Assembly: GCA_047174325.1 (NCBI GenBank)
Contig: JBCQUE010000007.1
Span: 6,059-70,058 of the forward strand
Direction: 5' to 3'
Length of the DNA: 64,000 bases
Origin: Rikenellaceae bacterium
GTDB taxonomy: Bacteria; Bacteroidota; Bacteroidia; Bacteroidales; Rikenellaceae
Positions 59,901-64,000 of this stretch are shown here, one piece after another; the first letter of the stretch is position 1; each line of letters begins with the position of its first letter. The notes below the pieces were generated by a model that was not told the DNA's origin, made no database searches, and worked only from the letters and a program-made list of their open reading frames with translations. The position numbers and the translations under genes are program-made.

Positions 59901-60011
59901 TATATGCACCCCCTTTGTATGCACCCCTTGAGCTGCATTGCTGCCCGATGCACCGATTGTCGCTCCAGCCAACAGCAGCTGAGCAACAAGTATTCCTATA
60001 TTTTTACGCAT
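56988..60011 (-). CDS. Large periplasmic TPR protein
   Basis: 1007 aa of TPR helices with signal peptide; C-terminal FQARATYQSIVDGY; TATCTTTG box at minus 60034-60041. Confidence 0.9.
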   Translation of the reverse strand: MRKNIGILVAQLLLAGATIGASGSNAAQGVHTKGVHITRGFELVDMGRWVDARVELLEARRDWGEMSPLERQRLDYGLALCGVKMEAEGSDDGLVAFLQLYPEAPYSNDVNFIRGLILANDGASAEALALLGGVKSRRLSEADRERYNIQMGYLSFVERDFDGAKEHLGRIDEGSEYHPHALYCTSYINYIDGNYTDSRKGFEELQSNELFAPIAPYYLMQIEFLVENYRKAIEYGDKILEGSLAQKQVDVVRTLAEAHFRLREYEEALSLIDRYAEAGGELGREENYIKGFSLHQLGWFAEAIESLKRVCGADDEMTQNASFHLANCYIHTENKSGAKRAFSMAANDKFNKQIAEEALFNYAKLQYELGDGVFNESVNLLTRYVTTYSDPSRLTTARTLLVAAYYNTRDYAAAYENIKLIKDPDGEIKAAKQKITYLRGLERYIGKDYDEAMLYLGESIKIGVTAKQIALASYWMGEVDFLEGRYAEAVERYNYYLARAPKSDPTTVEAQYSLGYALLKDGNELSALDYFKRYVASPAAVAALRADSYSRIGDIYYTSRNFSEAANNYNKSVARGGEGSNYARYQVAIIKGIQGDTQGKIVQLKGIDTPELGEEYMDDAKYELGRSYIAVEQYRDAINSHLAFLDQYPSSPLYAQALSDLGVAYYNVGERGRALEYYDRAIKAAPQSQIAKDAMQGVREIHIGGGDAEAYFKYAESIGMEGDLNAVTRDSLSFASARGLYFAGDKSKGKMRDAATALDSYIRSYPKGYYLNDALFFLSDSYIKMGESTKAIKTLEVLGERGQSQYSEILYSKLSELCFDQGEYAKSARASRSLFDVTKSRNTRQMAMSRYIDAAILSGDKAIVTKASDDIIALGEAAVGADALTKANYARATALRESGKRREALKIYQTLAEGGSEYSSEARYYVIEDRYRAGERERAKEMIFEYSEMEGVDAYWLAKSFILLGDIYVAEEDNFQARATYQSIVDGYSNQSDGVIDEAKQKIGELK

Positions 60012-60084
60012 AATGACAATTTTTCATCAAGCGCAAAGATAATCATTTCCCCGAGACTTTACACACAAATTTTATATATAAAAT

Positions 60085-60280
60085 ATATAAAGCCTAATAT
60101 TCACTCAGAAAAAGCCAAACACTCACTCAATATAAAGCCTAATATTCACTCAGAAAAGCCAAACACTCACTCAATATAAAGCCTAATATTCACTCAGAAA
60201 AAGCCAAACACTCACTCAATATAAAGCCTAATATTCACTCAGAAAAAGCCAAACACTCACTCAATATAAAGCCTAACATT
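60085..60280. repeat. 45-bp tandem array x4 plus partial, built from two related ~22-bp halves
   Basis: agccta at 60091, 60136, 60180, 60225, 60270; halves aaagcctaatattcactcagaa / aaagccaaacactcactcaatat. Confidence 0.95.
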
Positions 60281-60293
60281 TAACTCATTTTCG

Positions 60294-61553
60294 CTATTTT
60301 GTCTCCAGATCACCCACCACACGCCTATACGCAGAGAGCGCAATTTGATGGTCATACTCAGCAGTAATAGCGTTTGTGTAGTTCTGTATCCAACTAATCT
60401 GTGCCGCCATCAAATCGACAATCGAGACCAACCCCTCGTTGTATGAGTAGCTACTGATCTGCAGATTCTCGCTAGCGATATTCAGCGATCGTGTGGCGGC
60501 ACTCATCTGAGCCTTGCTCTCCACGATACTCACCCAAGCGTTGCTCTCATCCTTAGCGATCTCATCCCTCAGCAGCTCGCTGTCGATCTGTTTTGTTCGC
60601 TCCGACAGCCTCGATATTGCGGTCGCCTTTCGCCTCTCGCCAAAGTGATAAATCGGCATCGATAGCTCCACATAGAGCGTTCCATCGATGTATGTCTTGC
60701 CCGTGGTGTTGGGTGTGTGCGTTCGCCAACCTCCAGTCGCACCGCCCTTCAATTGAGGGTTGTACGCCCCTCGTGTAGCCTGTGTCGTGACTCGTGCTAA
60801 CTCACAATTGAGAAGTGACGCTGCATAGTCGGGTCGTTGCTCCATAACCTCCGCCAGCTCAACACGTTGCGGCACGAATAGCGAGTCGGGCACAACATCC
60901 ACTAACGACACTGCAAACTCGGGCGAGACCCCACGCAAAATATTCAAATTGTGCAGCGAGGTGAGTTGCGACTGCTCCGCTGATATAAACTCATACTCAG
61001 CCTCACTCAACCGTGACTGCATCATCAAGAGATCACCTTTCGATGTGTAACCCTCCTCAAAACGCCTCTCGATCGCCTCGGTTTGGCTCTTGATGATCTC
61101 GACATATTGTCCCATTGCACCCCTCAAACGCTCCATCGCCCACAAATTCCAATAGGCGTAATCGGCTGCATAGGCAACCTCCAGCAGCGTAAACGCCTCA
61201 TCACACAACGCAATCTCGCTACTGATCTCAGCCTTGTCAATATCAGCCCTCACCACGCCACCGCCATAGATGGTCTGCACCAACCTCGGTTCAAGCGCCA
61301 TCGACCAATCTTTTTGCCCCTCATATTGTCGCAACCGATAGATATAACTTCCCGTCGCCAAGAGCTCAGGCAGCATCGCCACACGAGCCAACGAGACCCC
61401 CTCAGCTGCCGCCTCACTCGCTGTCGAGGCGAGCTTTAACGCAAGGCTGTAGGCAACAACCTCATCTCGATATGTAGCGGGCAAAAGCTCAGCACGAAGC
61501 CCCAACACAGTGCCGAACGACAGCAGCAGTGCCGCAATTAAATCTCTTCGCAT
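60294..61553 (-). CDS. TolC family outer-membrane efflux protein
   Basis: RFEEG..SKGDL, RPD, YNEG..SIVDL OEP motifs; overlaps the RND gene end. Confidence 0.9.
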   Translation of the reverse strand: MRRDLIAALLLSFGTVLGLRAELLPATYRDEVVAYSLALKLASTASEAAAEGVSLARVAMLPELLATGSYIYRLRQYEGQKDWSMALEPRLVQTIYGGGVVRADIDKAEISSEIALCDEAFTLLEVAYAADYAYWNLWAMERLRGAMGQYVEIIKSQTEAIERRFEEGYTSKGDLLMMQSRLSEAEYEFISAEQSQLTSLHNLNILRGVSPEFAVSLVDVVPDSLFVPQRVELAEVMEQRPDYAASLLNCELARVTTQATRGAYNPQLKGGATGGWRTHTPNTTGKTYIDGTLYVELSMPIYHFGERRKATAISRLSERTKQIDSELLRDEIAKDESNAWVSIVESKAQMSAATRSLNIASENLQISSYSYNEGLVSIVDLMAAQISWIQNYTNAITAEYDHQIALSAYRRVVGDLETK

Positions 61554-64000
61554 AACTCACTATTTTTGATTCTGTAAAATATTGCATATAGAGTTGGCAG
61601 CAGACAAAAAGTGAGTAGCGTAGCGACAACCAAGCCACCCATAATTGTCGCCGCCATAGCCGCAAAGAGCGAGTCGAAAAGGAGCGGAATCATTCCGAGT
61701 ATAGTTGTCCCCGAAGCCATCATAACGGGCAGCAGTCGACTTCGTGTAGCCTCCCGAAGCGCCCGACCACGAGCCACTCCAGCCCCCTGCAACTCCCCGA
61801 TTTGGGCAATCAAGACAACGCCATTCTTGACATTCATACCGACCAAGCCCAACAGACCAAGCAGCGCAAAGAAGTTAAACAACCGCCCCGAAATATACAA
61901 ACCAGCCACCACACCAATAAAGACAAGCGGAGTGACAATCATAATCATCAGCGGCTCTCGATAGCCACCAAAGAGCAGCAGTAAAGTTACAAAAATTAAC
62001 ACGATCGTTAACGGGAAATTCTCCGCCAAAGCATCATTAGATTCCACTTGTGTCTCCTCCTCACCAAAAACTTTAAATGAGTATCCGTTTGGAATTGAGA
62101 CATAACGCTTTACAGAATCAACAATTTCGGTGTATAGCTGCTTAGTGTTAACCTCTCGATCGGGATCACATTGCGCCTTCATAACACGCTGTCGATTGTA
62201 ACGTTTTATTACGTTAAGGTCATACTCAAATCGAAACCCTGATGTCGCCTGTTCAACCGAAAATATTCGCCCCTTAGGCGAGAAGATCGGCATCGTCTCA
62301 ATGTTGCTAAGATTTGCGCCACCAACACGATCCACCTCGCTATCTCTCATCAAGATGGGCATAATTTGATCCCCCTCACGATAGTCGCCCAATTGATACC
62401 CAGTGGTTGCGACCATCATCCCTTGCGCCAAATCGCTCCGTGAGACACCAATGCGTCCACCCTTCATCTGTGAATAGATCGGCTGGATTGAGGGCGAGCG
62501 ATTTCCCCAACTATTGCGCACATTCACCGCCCGTGGGTTTCGCCACATAATTGCCTCTGCACGCTCTGTGAGGGCGATTAGCGTATCGATATTTTCGCCA
62601 ATGAACCCCATCTCGATCGAGGCATCAGGCACGGGCGAGAGTTTAAAGAGCGAAGATCGAACCCACACATCGGGATAAAACTCTCGCACGTATCGATTAA
62701 ATCGCCTCTCCACAGCCTCACTTTGTGACTTATCGTGCAGCTCCACAAGCAGGTTCGCAAAGTTGGGTGTCAACATCACAGCGCTACTCGCCAAGTAATA
62801 TCGAGGGGGTGTCCCTCCAGCCGTTGCCGAGAATGATTTCACCTCATCTTGTCGCTGCAACCACTCCTCCAATTCGATCAAAACCGCCTGAGTTGCATCG
62901 ATATTATACCCGTCAGGGAGTATTAGGTCAGCTCTAAAGTATGGTTTATCGAGCGATGGAAAGAAATCTTGCGGCATCCGTTCCATCACCTTAATCGAGC
63001 CCAACAGCAGCAATATCGAGGAGAGAACAACCAACCAACGCCTTCGCAAAATCCTCACCAAGAAGCGATCAAACCATCTATAGAACCAATTGTCATACAG
63101 CGATTTACCGCCGTCGCTAATCTCTTCGCCATCTTCAACTTCACACTCGCCACCCTTCAACATAAACAGACCAAAGAGAGGTGTTTGCGTAAGCGCCAAA
63201 ACCCAACTCATAATGAGCGAAATCGCCAATACAACAAAGAGCGGTTTCACAATCTCAGCCACTGCAGAGGGGGCGAGATAGAGCGGTAAAAACGAAAAGA
63301 TAGCGATCACAGTTGCCCCAAGCAAGCTCCACTTCGGACGATCAGCAGCCCTCACCACAGCCTCCTCACGCCTCACGCCACGCCTAATTGAGTTCGTTGC
63401 GCCATCCACAACAACAATCGCATTATCGACCAGCATACCCATCGCAATGATAAATCCAGCCAGCGAAGTGCGATTCAACCCCTCCCCCACAAAGAGCATT
63501 ATGAGCAGCGTTGAACCGATCGTAAAGAGTAACGAAGAGCCAATTAAAAGCCCCGAACGAAACCCCATAAGCAACATAATCACAAACACCACAATCGCCA
63601 CAGAGAGCGCAAGATTTATCAGAAACGAATCCGTAGCCTCACGAGCGATCTCATCCTCAGGATACAAGATCTCAAGATTGATACCGACAGGCATCTCTAA
63701 CTCCATCGTTTTAAGCATCTTACCGATCTCACGCCCAGTCGCCACAACATCTACATCACCGCTCGTTGAGACACCAATACCGATGGCTCGCCGACCATTA
63801 ACACGCATCAAAGAGGTGGGTGGTGTGAGGTACTCTCGCTCGACACGAGCAATGTCGCCCAAACGATACTGCTTGCCATCAGCGGCTATAAGTAGCTGAT
63901 TTGCAATATCTTCCAATGAAGTGTAGCTGCCCTGCTCGACAACTCTTATACGCATCTCGCCCGCCTGTTTTTCGCCACTGCTCACCACGCTGTTTTGTCT
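61538..64000 (-). CDS. RND efflux permease (AcrB-like), 5' end outside window
   Basis: GMLVDNAIVV, RLLPVMMASGTTILGMIPL, multiple TM helices. Confidence 0.95.
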   Translation of the reverse strand, partial: RQNSVVSSGEKQAGEMRIRVVEQGSYTSLEDIANQLLIAADGKQYRLGDIARVEREYLTPPTSLMRVNGRRAIGIGVSTSGDVDVVATGREIGKMLKTMELEMPVGINLEILYPEDEIAREATDSFLINLALSVAIVVFVIMLLMGFRSGLLIGSSLLFTIGSTLLIMLFVGEGLNRTSLAGFIIAMGMLVDNAIVVVDGATNSIRRGVRREEAVVRAADRPKWSLLGATVIAIFSFLPLYLAPSAVAEIVKPLFVVLAISLIMSWVLALTQTPLFGLFMLKGGECEVEDGEEISDGGKSLYDNWFYRWFDRFLVRILRRRWLVVLSSILLLLGSIKVMERMPQDFFPSLDKPYFRADLILPDGYNIDATQAVLIELEEWLQRQDEVKSFSATAGGTPPRYYLASSAVMLTPNFANLLVELHDKSQSEAVERRFNRYVREFYPDVWVRSSLFKLSPVPDASIEMGFIGENIDTLIALTERAEAIMWRNPRAVNVRNSWGNRSPSIQPIYSQMKGGRIGVSRSDLAQGMMVATTGYQLGDYREGDQIMPILMRDSEVDRVGGANLSNIETMPIFSPKGRIFSVEQATSGFRFEYDLNVIKRYNRQRVMKAQCDPDREVNTKQLYTEIVDSVKRYVSIPNGYSFKVFGEEETQVESNDALAENFPLTIVLIFVTLLLLFGGYREPLMIMIVTPLVFIGVVAGLYISGRLFNFFALLGLLGLVGMNVKNGVVLIAQIGELQGAGVARGRALREATRSRLLPVMMASGTTILGMIPLLFDSLFAAMAATIMGGLVVATLLTFCLLPTLYAIFYRIKNSELCEEI

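Noticed and set aside
1-64000. Mobile element, prophage, defence system or alternative genetic code
   Set aside because: No transposase, integrase, phage or defence motifs were seen; all conserved genes translate intact in code 11 using TAA, TAG and TGA stops.

Overview
A core-genome segment of a Bacteroidota chromosome, most likely Rikenellaceae/Alistipes-like. The taxonomy is inferred from TAnnTTTG promoters, AT-rich leaders without Shine-Dalgarno sites, and the gene set. It holds about 47 CDS, nearly all housekeeping (ABC-F, serC/serA/DUF1015, yicC-gmk-nadD-ddl, holA/tilS/murB, V/A-type ATPase E-C-A-B-D-I-K, htpG, trxA, dnaE, aroE, fmt, ribBA, lptF, mtaB, malQ, yajC, rluB, mltG, TPR + outer-membrane barrel, RND/TolC), plus the SRP RNA. 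Four orphan secreted proteins sit among them: a Ser-type sulfatase, a GH16-like protein and two distant paralogues with a DPDD motif. No transposase, integrase, phage gene, cas gene or true CRISPR array was seen. The unusual feature is non-coding: most larger intergenic gaps carry their own tandem array or duplication (about 25 loci, units 7-54 bp). Many copy the neighbouring gene's last codons plus stop, or its start region, and several have higher-order structure. Three motif families recur at distant loci: a 10-bp-periodic TACTCAG unit (once folded into a ~130-nt hairpin), a TTRTGAG heptamer, and a GGGAGCTAGCTCCC REP-like element. CATG and CGCG also appear absent by eye. All counts and family calls are by eye and from motif recall; no searches were run.
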